The notes under the pieces: model-generated | What the model was told of the DNA's origin: nothing | The model's input: the letters and a program-made list of their open reading frames with translations, nothing else | Databases searched by the model: none | Shown: one piece after another, positions 39,882 to 51,499 of the stretch | Layout: the number at the start of each line of letters is the position of its first letter | Position numbering within the stretch: the stretch's first letter is position 1 | From: Phoronis australis | Lineage: Eukaryota; Animalia; Phoronida | Assembly: GCA_002633005.1 (NCBI GenBank) | Contig: NMRA01000205.1 | Location: 215,498 to 279,497, forward strand | Reading direction: 5' to 3' | DNA length: 64,000 nucleotides | Program-made: the position numbers and the translations under genes

Positions 39882-42059
39882 TGATACGCCATAAAATGTA
39901 ACAATTTTGTAAAATGTAAAGCTGTTACATTTTACATCATTATTACATTTTACGTTGCTAAGCCTCTCCTAAAAGGTAACAAGTTGTTACGTTTTACGTA
40001 GTTGTTACATTTCACGTCGAATGCACATGCGAGAAATGTACCATTTTTACATTTTACGAAACCAACGTCAATTTGGAGGGGTTCCTACATGTTCAACCTT
40101 AACGATATTGTGAAGAAAGTCGTGACACCTGTGGATGCAAATTAGGCCTACTTTTTGGAAACGAGGAGGTTGAGATTTAAAATCTTGTTTAGACGTGCAC
40201 CAACTTCAAAAATTGATTATTTCTGAACTATCGGAAGGCACTATATTGTTTGTAAATATAATTATATCCATCTGTAGTTTGCCTCGAACAACTGAATTCA
40301 GACCGCAATATTTTACTCTCGATTTACCTTTAAACGTGAGGATACCCACCGTGTAACCATTTTGTATCTTGTTGAAAACATTCCTTTTCAAAGAACTGGG
40401 GATCGTTCCACGATGATGTGACTGTAAGTTCAAAAATTGCGTTAAGTTGAACTCTGGAGGCAGACATTTTGCGAGAACTAACGACTAGTTAGCTGCGGTC
40501 ACCGGGTCATTAGAATAGCTGGTAACGGACATACAAAACACGCAACGATTTTATGTAGAACGGACCCCAATGGCTTAGAAAGCACAGTGATTTAACAGAG
40601 TGATTTGAACTAGATTTCATTGAAAGTGGATTGCACTGGAACAAAAACGGCCAACGTCGAAGTCAGCGATGTTTAACATGATCTTTTATTGCAATGTATT
40701 AAAAGCCGGGTTAATGCACCAAATTCCCTTATCTGCGAGCAAAAAAACGGCGCCTCATGAGACACGTGACTTCACGTCCATTAATAATAGAATGTCCAAT
40801 CTTTATCTTTATTTATACGTACTTCGAACTAACGACCATTGGCCAACTAGCAATTTTGATACAAATAGAAAGTGCATGCTTTTGTAGTCTGAAAGGCCAA
40901 CAGTCAGCTGTTTTTGAACTACTCTATTGCCCCTTTAAATTATCGACCTAGACCTGGTTTGAGCAAATTGATCACGTCAATTCAGAGTGCAAAATATTTT
41001 CTATTTTCCTAGCTAGGTATGCCATTTTTACTTAAACACGTCACGGTTTGATCTGTTGTTACCAACACTATTTCAGACAGGTTTGACATCATATGAACAG
41101 TGATATTTCTCAGCTTTTAAGCTGTATAAAACACGCTACTATGCTACCACTTTTTTAAACTATGGACTCGCCCTTCTCAGAGGCGATATTTTGCTGTTGA
41201 TTTGGCAAAATCTGGCAACCTTCTGGCAAATAAATGAATGCTTTTATTTCCTTGCACCACAATGTCCAAGGAATTGTCATTCGTAACTAAGGTGGTAGAC
41301 AGAACCAGTGGGCATCAGAAACTTTGGTTTAGCTCCTTTTGTGTGGAGCAGGACAATTACTGCATTAGCGATGACTCCAAGGCAATTAAACACTGGCTGA
41401 AATAAACTAAACTATCGTGGACTAAAACGGGTGTTTTTTTCCCATCAAATTGGCTTCCAAATTGAATTTTCCATGAAAAATGTTGTTATTGTCGTTTGTT
41501 CCCGAAGAAATACGATAAATATTAGCCAAATATGATGTCATTGTTGTGCTTCCCAAGGGAATTTTGTTTACTGTAATGCCGGATACACAATTGGTTTATG
41601 ACCTGTGAGCGTCAAAAAAGATTGCAAGAACGCTTTAACAATAAAAAACTTGTTACCTGATCCTGGAAACACCATTCGTGTGGAGTTGAAACTGTTCGCG
41701 TACATTTTTGACTATACCATAAAACTAGCCATGTTAAAAAATTCATGGAAAGCACACAGGGACACATCTGAAATTCGATCTGGCATGTTTGATAGAATGT
41801 CATTCACACAATCCGAGAAAGAAGGCGTTAAGTGTGTGAACGGTTTTCTTCCGTGTGACAAATGATATACAAACTCATGAAATATGACATTGCTTTCGTA
41901 AAATGCCGTGTAAAAAATGGTGCATTTCTCGCATGTGCATTCGATGTAAATTGTAACAGTCACATAAAATGTAACTTGTTTTATTTTAAGAGAAGCCTAG
42001 CAACGTAAAATGTAACAGTTGTTACATTTTACGAAATTGTTACATTTTACGGCGTATCA
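39882..42059. mobile_element. 2.2-kb non-autonomous DNA transposon with ~170-bp TIRs (TGATACGCC...GGCGTATCA)
   Basis: Long imperfect TIRs built from AAAATGTAAC/GTTACATTTT repeats and GAATGCACATGCGAGAAATG. No matching TSD seen, so the superfamily is unassigned. Confidence 0.8.
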
Positions 42060-43411
42060 AGCACCTTTTCACCATGGCTCGGCCGTCTTGCAACGCCGGG
42101 GCGTACGTCAAAGGTATGACTGCTGATTACGTGGGTGCATGTTACGAATACGCGATCTTTTCCGTAGGCGGTAACAATCAAACCAAATTAAACTATGCGA
42201 TGTTGTGACAAGAAGTACGCGGACTTTTTTCCGTTACTCAGAAAATTGTGGTTGGCGGGGCCACTCTCTTACGACATCCTAGATCCGCCAGTGTCTTCAG
42301 ACGAACGTAGAGCGAGTAGAGCGAAGCCTGTCCGTCGTCTAACATTGGCATCTGGCATTTACAGACGAAAAACAAGCATGGTACGTATCTCGTGGGTGAC
42401 GGGCTTTAAACTTTAGTTAACAGTTATCAGTTTTGTTGAGCAAAGATACGAATCAGTTTCAAGTGACTTACCGAAATCAAACAAGGAATAAAAAGCTGTG
42501 ATGCCAGAGAAAGGTGAAAATTTTACCTGGAAAACACTAACGTTTTTCGCCTGATTACAGCCTAAAAGTAGCCTACTCCGATTTAACAATCGAACCCAAG
42601 ATTTCTCCAACACAAGTCGGACTATCTGACAGCTGAGCCTTCGAGACCACGTCAGTATCTAAAAAGCGCTACATTTCACTCAAAGCCAGCATTGTCGCGA
42701 AGTCCAATCAATCAGGAATGGTAGTACACTTCGGTTCCTCGGTCGGAACAGGCCCTTGCTTCTTAAAATGCTAACAACAGTGAAAACAGGTTTTGATCAA
42801 AGGCAAATGACTGCCAATTACAGAATGTTTCTTAATTTTAGTCTTATTTCGCTAGGCTTGTCACGAAACAGCATTCCGGCACACTTTGAAAATAACTTAA
42901 CTTGTTCGACCGAATCGAGGGTGACGCATACACACGAACATGCACACGATTACCACGTAAAGGAAATTTATTTTATGATATATGGCATTCAAAATTATTC
43001 ATGCGGGTTAACAAATTTCAGAGATGAATTACCCCGACACCATTCGTCTCACACCTGTGACGTCTGTTGTAGACTTTTATTTTTTTCCATTGACCTAAAT
43101 GACACAGTTGAATCATTTACTTCACACCCTATCAGCAAAAGCAGACGACATTGATGTAAAAGCAATCAAGTTTTGAATCGCTTAGGAAATTACTCAAGTC
43201 AGGAAAAACTGATGATTGGCACAATACCTGTTGAAAGGAAACAAAGTCATCGCTGGGTGGGTACACCTTGTAAGTTACTGTGATCCTTCTATAATTTCAC
43301 ACGAATGCATTTTAAAAAATGGAGCTATGCCAGGTAAACAAAACAGTCGTATTAAAAATGGTTGATTGTGTTAAACGACTGGACTAAGAACGCGACATAA
43401 TAAATGAGATA

Positions 43412-43628
43412 CAGTGGCAGATCTACTTTTTCAGTAAGCGGGGGTTCAGGATTCGCGCGTATCCGAGGCGCATAGCGCCGAGCGGGGGGAGGTTACCCTC
43501 CCGTATAAGTTTTTTTTTTGGTTTTGTAGCTGATTTTGTTTTCCTGGCGACGTTTTTTAGTTTTTTTATTTTTGATCCTGTCTTGGAGGGGGTGAAACCT
43601 CCTGAACTCACCCGTAGATCCGCCTCTG
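43412..43628. mobile_element. 217-bp MITE, CAG..CTG termini, 5-bp TSD AGATA (hAT5-like)
   Basis: CAGTGGCAGATCTAC / GTAGATCCGCCTCTG. AGATA at 43407-11 and 43629-33. Confidence 0.85.
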
Positions 43629-44331
43629 AGATACCAACGTCAATCATAAAATGAATTTCTCCGGTTTCCATTTAAAAACAAAATTTGTGATAAGCCTCTT
43701 ACCAACAATGTCGTTTTCAATAAATTACTTGGGATGATAACATTTTATTTTGTTTTCCATTAAGAATATCCATTGCATTTAATAGTCCAAAAGAAACACT
43801 TCTGTGCCCGGTTGTATGAAACAATTGAGTTGCCTAAATTTTTTGCGTATTTGTGTCGTTCTTTACTCACCGTTGTTATATTTTCTCTACCATTTTATCT
43901 TTATTCATGGGCGAAGCAGCACTAAAAACGTTTTAACTCCCCCCCCCAGGCCCCCTGTGGTGCACCGCCCATAGACCATGGGCGGCTCAGCACGGAAAAA
44001 GTGGGGGGTGCTGTAACTCCTGGCCCCCTATGGAGCTCTTTACATATTATTATGACCTCTTCCTGAGCTTGACTAATGATATTTTTCTAATAACATAACT
44101 ATAAACTGAGCCTTTAATTGAGTCATAATTAGGTACTTAGTCACAAGGGGACTCAAGGACTATGTCCGAAGGACAAGTGTTTGCGAGATCCCTACAAACG
44201 CCTTGCACGCCGTCTTTATTGGTCGTGTCCGGAGGAGAGGGTGGTAAAACTCTCGCTCTGTATCAATCCATGCTTTATCTTATTAATAAGTTGTGGGTTG
44301 GGGTAAAACGTGATTAGCAGTTGATGATGCT

Positions 44332-44352
44332 GACGACGACGACGACGACGAC

Positions 44353-44385
<33 letters not shown>
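44332..44385. repeat. Compound microsatellite (GAC)7(GAT)11
   Basis: Read directly from the sequence. Confidence 0.97.
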
Positions 44386-44387
<2 letters not shown>

Positions 44388-47114
44388 CCCATTTACCATG
44401 AACTGGTGTACGTGATGAAATCTATAACGTGAAACCACTACGGTTAAACAAAAGTTTCCGTAATATTTGCGAGCAATGGCCTGAAACGGACAACATCGTA
44501 AAGTACGGTGAACTAGAGTCAATGATCCGTGATTAAATAGCTCACGGCTCTAAACAATTCAAGGTGACGCGGCGAAGGCGGGGAATTTATCCAAGTCAAT
44601 AGAGAAGGCTTAGTGATGACCGGTGACAATAATGTCAGGCGTGTTTATTCTCAAGTGTGAATTAAATACTGAGAAAAACGATACAATAAAGCTTGGCAAT
44701 TTTCTAGTCTCAGGAAGCTAGTCTCATAAAAACACTGTTTTAATAATATTTCTAAAACCAACGGAACGTTTCTCGTAACATTTTGTAAACATTCCAAATA
44801 TTGGAGCGGATATCAATTAGCTTTCCGTCCAGGAAGGAAACTTTTGATTTAGAACGCTTAAAGTGGTCTCAACTTGTTCCTTGCTCTGATGAGATCTGAT
44901 TTTCTGGTTTGTAAAGAACTGGTTGTTTTTTTTTAATTTTTTTCGAACGTATTCGATAAGCTAACTTGTTGAACTGATCCCAAGCAGTATCGTGTAGAAG
45001 GGGCATCTGCATCCACATCAGAGGGTTGCATCCAATCACTATGAATAAACTTTTTGAAAATGTGACTGAATTGTAGTTAAATTGAACTAGGTTTCTATTT
45101 TGAACAACAAACATTGTTTCCACCGCAGTGGTGTATTTAAGGTGGGACAAGGATGCCAAGGCCCAACTAAAATTTTCCCCGATTCTATTTGGCAGTTCGG
45201 TGGTGCGAATGTCTGATGAGCAAAATCCTAGCTAATACTCTGCCCTGGCCCCCCTAACTCAAAATCCTGGATCCGCCCCTGCTCTGCGTCCTAAATGATT
45301 TCCGCCGAACTATTTCTGCTGCGCTGGAATAATTAGTCCTGTCGCAGGGACAAAATTACTTCCATAAGGCTCATATAGTTTTGCGCCATGTGGCGATAAT
45401 TCTATGTATTTTCACCGTGCCCAAAGTTATTTCCGATGCATAGCGATAATTATTTACGCTCTACCCGAAATCCTTTCTACCGCACCACAAGAATTAGTCC
45501 CACTGCGCGGTGATAATTATTTTTTCGAAATAATAACTAGTCTGTCGAAACCAAATAACTTGTCTGTTTGGGAGTGTTCTCTATTTTGAACCTTTTCGTT
45601 CGTTCGACTTGTACTACACACATTATTTAATCAGTTAACCTTAAGTGCAACAACTCATAATGCCACAAGTTACAAATATGCACTGCTCATCATAACGATC
45701 ATTGCACCACCATCGTACATGTATACGCTCTCACCAACCTTCTAGTTTTGTTTGCAATCCTATTGCATTTCCCATAGGGTGATGCGTCTAAACGCTATCT
45801 GTATTTTAAAATTCCTCTGGTGGAACCTCTATTTTCACAATATGCAAGATCGTTGGAAACAGGGAGGACTTGCGATCTCATTAATTTGCAGCATCATAGG
45901 CGACAAGGGTGCCATATTGACGAAAGCGATGAAGGTGCCCGAAGGTGGGGCAAAGCATGAATTCTTCCGAGCACTCACAATAGTCTTTACATTCCTAATG
46001 GTCTGATAACTTAATTAGTTCCTTGGTAACCAGTCAGACCATTGTTAAAACTTTTGGTCATGTTGCCGCTACAAATTCATGCAGCGCGGAGATAAGCCAG
46101 TTCTGTGCCCGGCGAGTGCATTAGGCCTATGCCGGTTGACGTAGATGTCTGACCCGCAGCCCTAGTTTGCACTTGATGTCCCTTGCACTATTGTTATACT
46201 GTTTTAATCTAAACTCGAAATGTCGAGTTTTTACTCGAATTTGTAGCTCGAACAGATCTAGGGGTCTTCAAGTACAAACTCTTGGAGTAGGATGCACTAG
46301 CCTCGTTGCCGTAAACCACTCGAGCACAGACGATCAGTCCTGTCTTGAGCTCAAATAAAGAAGAACAGAAAATATGAATTTTCATTTCGATTTCGAGTTC
46401 TGAGAAACACTTCACTGAGGTTCATCGCTTCATAGCCTAAAACAAGCAGACGTCGCACAGTGTATTTTGCCGAGTTAGTTGCTTTAATAAGATACCAAAA
46501 CTAACACTTCCACTTATATATATTTTTACTGTATGCGAAATTATAATTACTTCCGGTATTATCACTAAAAACTGACAAAGAGGTTTCTAATGATATGACT
46601 CTTATGCAATTCGGTTGAAAAACGGCGGAGTTGCGAAAAGTTTTAACGACAGTAGATTCCAAATACTAGGTTATACACATGGCACCGGAACAAACGACTG
46701 CAAACAACTGTCACGCATGCGTGGCGCAACCTCCGTCAGCGGCCGCCAGATCGTTGGCATTACAGGGCTAAAGATCTATAGAAAAAATACTATTAAATAA
46801 TACTGATATTAACAGTCAAAATGTTTTGTTGAAAAACCCTTACATGTAGTTTGATAGGTTGGAGATGAAACGATATCAGTGGCCAGACTATTCCCGGCAT
46901 CCAGCCAGGGACAATGGTCGGTGCGTATAAATAATTACTAATAAAATTGTCGAGTTTGTGGACTAATTTTGCCAGCCGAGGAAATCGCTGGTTATCTGGA
47001 ACCGGAGCTCAAGAGTATGAATTCTGGTGAACAAAATGACAAAATGAAAGTGAAGCAATGGAATTAGCCTGCTTTATTTGATAACTATAACTCTCGATCA
47101 AAACTCAGACGAGT

Positions 47115-50100
47115 CACCCCGGCCCACCCGCGATCGAGACTGCCCGGAAGGCGATCGAGAACGAGATCTTGCACCAAAAAATGGCGACAGTGACGTACCC
47201 GGTGAGTTTAAGTGTCATTTCTGCTTAAAATGAGGCCACTTTGGTGCGAATGCTACTCACAGGAAGCGTCAGATTGTAACCTTTGTTGTGGATATGAAAT
47301 AATACTTGGCTTTTTGCTTATTTTTTAAAATAAAGAGCTCAGAAAGCAATGGCTTTCAGTAAAATGGCTTGCGCCTCGTAAAATCGATAATTTATACGTG
47401 TTATTAGCAATTCCGGGGTTCTTAAGAAGAGACATCTGACGTTTATAGTTTAATCGTCCCTGGTGACACCTTTGTTAGTTATGATTTGTGAAACAATTTG
47501 AGATATTTACCAATACAAGCAGGTCCTTGTGTGAGACGGCGATCGGGAACGAAGTCGTAAACGATCGTAAACGCAATTTTTTCTCTGCATTGGCCTGAAT
47601 AGTCGTTCAAGTTACGGTATTATGCCAATAATAGAATAATACGGAGCCTGAATTAAGTTAGTTGATGGGTTGATTAATAATTATATTTCGTCGTTTTTTT
47701 TTCGTGATTTTTAAGTGAGATTTAGCCTAACAAACATAACTGAACGCGTTTGATTTTTTCAGCTGAGCTGTAGTCACACGACGAGTTCTTCAACGTGTTA
47801 ACGTCCTCGCCTTCAAAAAAGTAGTACAACTGCTGCATGTCACAAAGGAGTGTGCGTGTATGTTGTGGAGCCTCGTTCAGGAACTAAGAAATCGACTTAG
47901 TATGACCACATGGCAAAAAAACACAGTGACACTACAACAAGCAAGACCTTTACCAGCCCTGTGATTGACGCGTTGCATGCGTCAAGATTTTTACCAATAT
48001 AGTAAAAAATAACATGAAGCATCGTGCTCAGGAACCACGTCGATCCACTGTCATATCTATGATCAATGTTTCACGGAAAGAGTGAACCTGATGCGACACT
48101 GCGTCAGAGCACGAGGACGCTCCTGTTTGTGGTGAATGTGGCATGTCATGCAAATAGTATGTCTCCTTCTACAGACATAGCAAGCAGAAACGTCATGAAT
48201 GAAATAATTAAGTCCAGTGGTGAAGGCTGTTAAGTCACTATAGCTTATTCAGATTTACAGAGTTTATGGTTGGTAGTTGTCTGATGTGATAGTATTTTGA
48301 CGTTTTGTTTTGAGCCTTTTTCCCTCAAGTTTCTTTCTATATTTGTGTTATTTCAAAAGGATCTTTAACAGAATCAGTACATTTTTGTAGTGTTTAGGTA
48401 GATTTAAATGGCCATACTAAGTGTCATTGGGAAATACTTAGTTTACATACAATTATTCTGACCACTGAATTAGTATTTTAAAAGAAAACATATGTCTATG
48501 ATTATTGTAGAAATTGCTTTCATATTGTTGTTGATTTCCTGTGAGAGACTATTATACTATCAGTCAGTTCTAAATACATTGTCTATGATTCAGTGATGAT
48601 TTAATCTAATACATTCCAAAAATAAAAAGTGGGAAATTTTCAGTGGATTTGTAATGTTGATTTCCCTAAAGCAATATTTATATATTTTTGTAAGACCAAT
48701 TTTGAGGTATTTGTGATAAAAGATTAATATTATAATAGAAATGCTATAATATTGTTGTTGATTTCCTGTGTTAATCACTACAGTGTGTAGTTGAAGTGAC
48801 GTTAATGACAACATGTTGAATATGTTTTGAGAAAATCACAATATTACTTGTATTATAACTGTCTTTTTCAATGTCACATTAAACTGGAGATCATGAACTA
48901 CTGATGCAGGTGAACTTAAGACCAAGACTACAAAACAGAAAAGTCAAACACAGCGTACATTCAAGTCACATGGTTGTCACAAGTCAATCTGTTCATCTCT
49001 GTATGATGTTATCAGTAAACCATCAAGTAAAATCCCAGCCGTTTTATCAGCAAACCAGTTCACACAACTTATGGCCAATTTTTATATCCTAAACGTTTAT
49101 GAGTGCGAATATTTGAATCATCTCGTTAAGTGTTGCCGCACTCCGCACTCTCCTCTCTCCCCATGGGCAAGCTCATCATCATTCTTTGACTGGCTATTTT
49201 TTTTTTCTTTTGCTGTCACAATTTTACAAGAATATTCTACACTCCCTTTCATCTGCTGCAACAATTTGTTTACCCCTGGCTGACAGGCCACATGGAACAA
49301 CTCCTGGGTGAGTCTTCAATTTAGAACCCCTTGTTCTCAGTGGATTCGTCTAAAAGTTGATGTCTGTATTTCAAAACCCTGGTAGGGCGTACCTTCACGT
49401 CGTGGGTAACATGTTCGTTGAAGATCGCCTCACAATAACAGTGAACTTGTTTCCTGAAAGGAAAATAAATTCGTTTGTGAAACTAAAATTATGCTTGATG
49501 TACATGTAGTGCTCATGGCTGAATTTTATGCTACTGCTGTTGTTCAGTTTTGACACGAAAGTAACACAGTAATGACACAAAATGTGATTAATTCATTGCA
49601 CTACACTTATTTTGTAACCTTTTTCACGTTTTATGAGTAAAAAGTTCACTACTGTTCGACACACCATGATGCGTTCCCGATCCCATAAACAAACACAAAT
49701 TTTGCGTTCCCGATCGCTTATCGTTGCGTTCTCGATCGCATCTTTTAACAGAAAAGCGTCGAAAAATCAGCGATCCTGACAAAACTACAAAAAAAACAAG
49801 CGTTGCGTTATATTTTAACACGTCATTTCTTCATAAATCCATGGTCAATTTATTGATTTAGTGCCAAAAATAACGGTAATTTTCCAAAATGACATACAAA
49901 TCACCTTCGGCTCATGCGATGCCTCGGTCAACGTAACTTTTCTCCTATAATTGGAAGACACACTAGCATAAACCTCTACCTGCCCTTCCTCAATGTGTAA
50001 CGCCTTGAACTCATGTCTCTGTTTTCACAGTGGAAGTAAAAACAACGAAAATTCATCAAATTTACTCACCTTGCCTGGGTTCGCTTCTCGCGCCAAATTT

Positions 50101-50149
50101 CGTTCTCGATCGCCTTCCGGGCGTTCTTGATTGCAGGTTGGCCGGGCTG
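47115..50149. mobile_element. 3.0-kb decayed TIR transposon with 5-bp TSD; candidate RAG-like/Transib (alternatives Chapaev or hAT5)
   Basis: 50-bp TIRs (CACCCCGGCCCACCCGCGATCGAGACTGCCCGGAAGGCGATCGAGAACGA, 7 mismatches to the right arm), TSD CGAGT (47110-14 / 50150-54), inner inverted GCGATCGRGAACG motifs and RAG1-N-terminal-like Cys/His remnants at 47850-48145. The element itself is well supported; its family assignment is not. Confidence 0.75.
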
Positions 50150-50689
50150 CGAGTAGACAACCGGAAATTTACAAAGCAAACTCTAGAGGCTTGTCTTTGG
50201 GTCGCAAGCTCTAATAACCGAATACATTTGTCACGTGCAGGAGTTGGTATTCCATAGTGTCAAACTCATGTTCGTGATGCTAAGAATCTTTCGATTAAAG
50301 TTGCTTTTCTTCTGTTTTGTCGTTTGGGATTTTAAATCCCCGACTGTGACATGCTGTGCTACATAGGACGGTTTTATGAATAGATGTTAACAGTTTAGCC
50401 ACTAAACGTCAAAACAACTGGCAAGCGGTGGTTTTAAAAACACTTCGAGTTTTTACACTTTAAACTCAGAACTAAATTCCTGGTCTAATCGCTGATTGGC
50501 CAACATTTTTTTCAGTTGTGCTAGAACTGAAATCACACTTGTTTTCAACTTGGAGCTTTAGGCCACACGACCAATCTAGACCTACGTAACGCTGGGGTTT
50601 ATTAGCATTTAAACCAGCCCTGAAAAACGTCAGACAGGTGTTATAGTTTTCTGTACACAACAATTTTTTGTATTAACAAGTCTTATAGT

Positions 50690-50925
50690 CTAGTAGCCAT
50701 CCTTAGGGGACCAAGAAATTCTTGGCAGTGTAAGGTTTTTTGATTGTTTCATGTTGAGGCGATGCCCTTGAAGCATTTTATTTGGGTTGTAATCACGACC
50801 AACCATCTTTTTTAAATATGCAAATTAAGGCCACCAAAATGAAAAATTCTGATTTTGCTTGATAAGGAAGTTAGAAGCAAAGACAGAATTTTGCGTAATG
50901 CTGACCTTAGTTTGCGTATTTAAGG
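50690..50925. mobile_element. Degenerate Academ-related terminal fragment
   Basis: TTTTTTAAATATGCAAATTAAGGCCACC and an inverted AGAATTTTGCGTAATGCTGACCTTAGTTTGC match the Academ TIR/subterminal core at 13105-13150. Confidence 0.5.
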
Positions 50926-51223
50926 TTTGCCATTATACAAGTCAGATATAGAATTGCTTCCGTGGGGGAGGGGCAACTACACATGAAACTACTACCAAGA
51001 ATTTCTATGTACCCATTTCTGGCCACTGTACTAATACTACCGCTAAAACTTGCGATAGCTTGAAAGAACTCGGAATTCTATGTTTATTCTGATGTTACAA
51101 GTTCTCACACGACCAATCAAATGAGACAATCTCTGGACATAATCTATGTGATCTAACACTTGTAAATACTGTTAGGACCCTCGTTCACCGGAGGGGAAAA
51201 TGTGTGTGCCGTCTGAGGGGGAA

Positions 51224-51464
51224 TAAATAAACATATAGTTATTTCAAAGATCGTCTTTACTAGAATGAAGAGGATCTGTAAATAAACAAAAGCAGGACTT
51301 AGCCTAACGATATGATAAAGTTCTACTACACTGTATGTGAAATACGACTTACAATAGTCTTATTTACCAATAAAAGAGTCCGACATCACAATCGTTGGTT
51401 GAAGCGAGTAGCGGAAGGACGTCCTTTAGCGACACCTATCGTTCGCCGAACAAAGTATTCTCTA
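51224..51464 (-). repeat. 3' LTR (241 bp)
   Basis: Direct repeat of 56118-56351, differing by 8 substitutions and one 7-bp indel by my count. Confidence 0.95.
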
Positions 51465-51499
51465 CCTCCCCCCAGTTATTTGTGGGGGGTACACAAATG

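Noticed and set aside
48960-49100. RAG2-like PHD finger on the minus strand of the 47-50 kb element
   Set aside because: Scattered W/C/H codons can only be aligned by invoking several frameshifts, so it is not supportable by eye.
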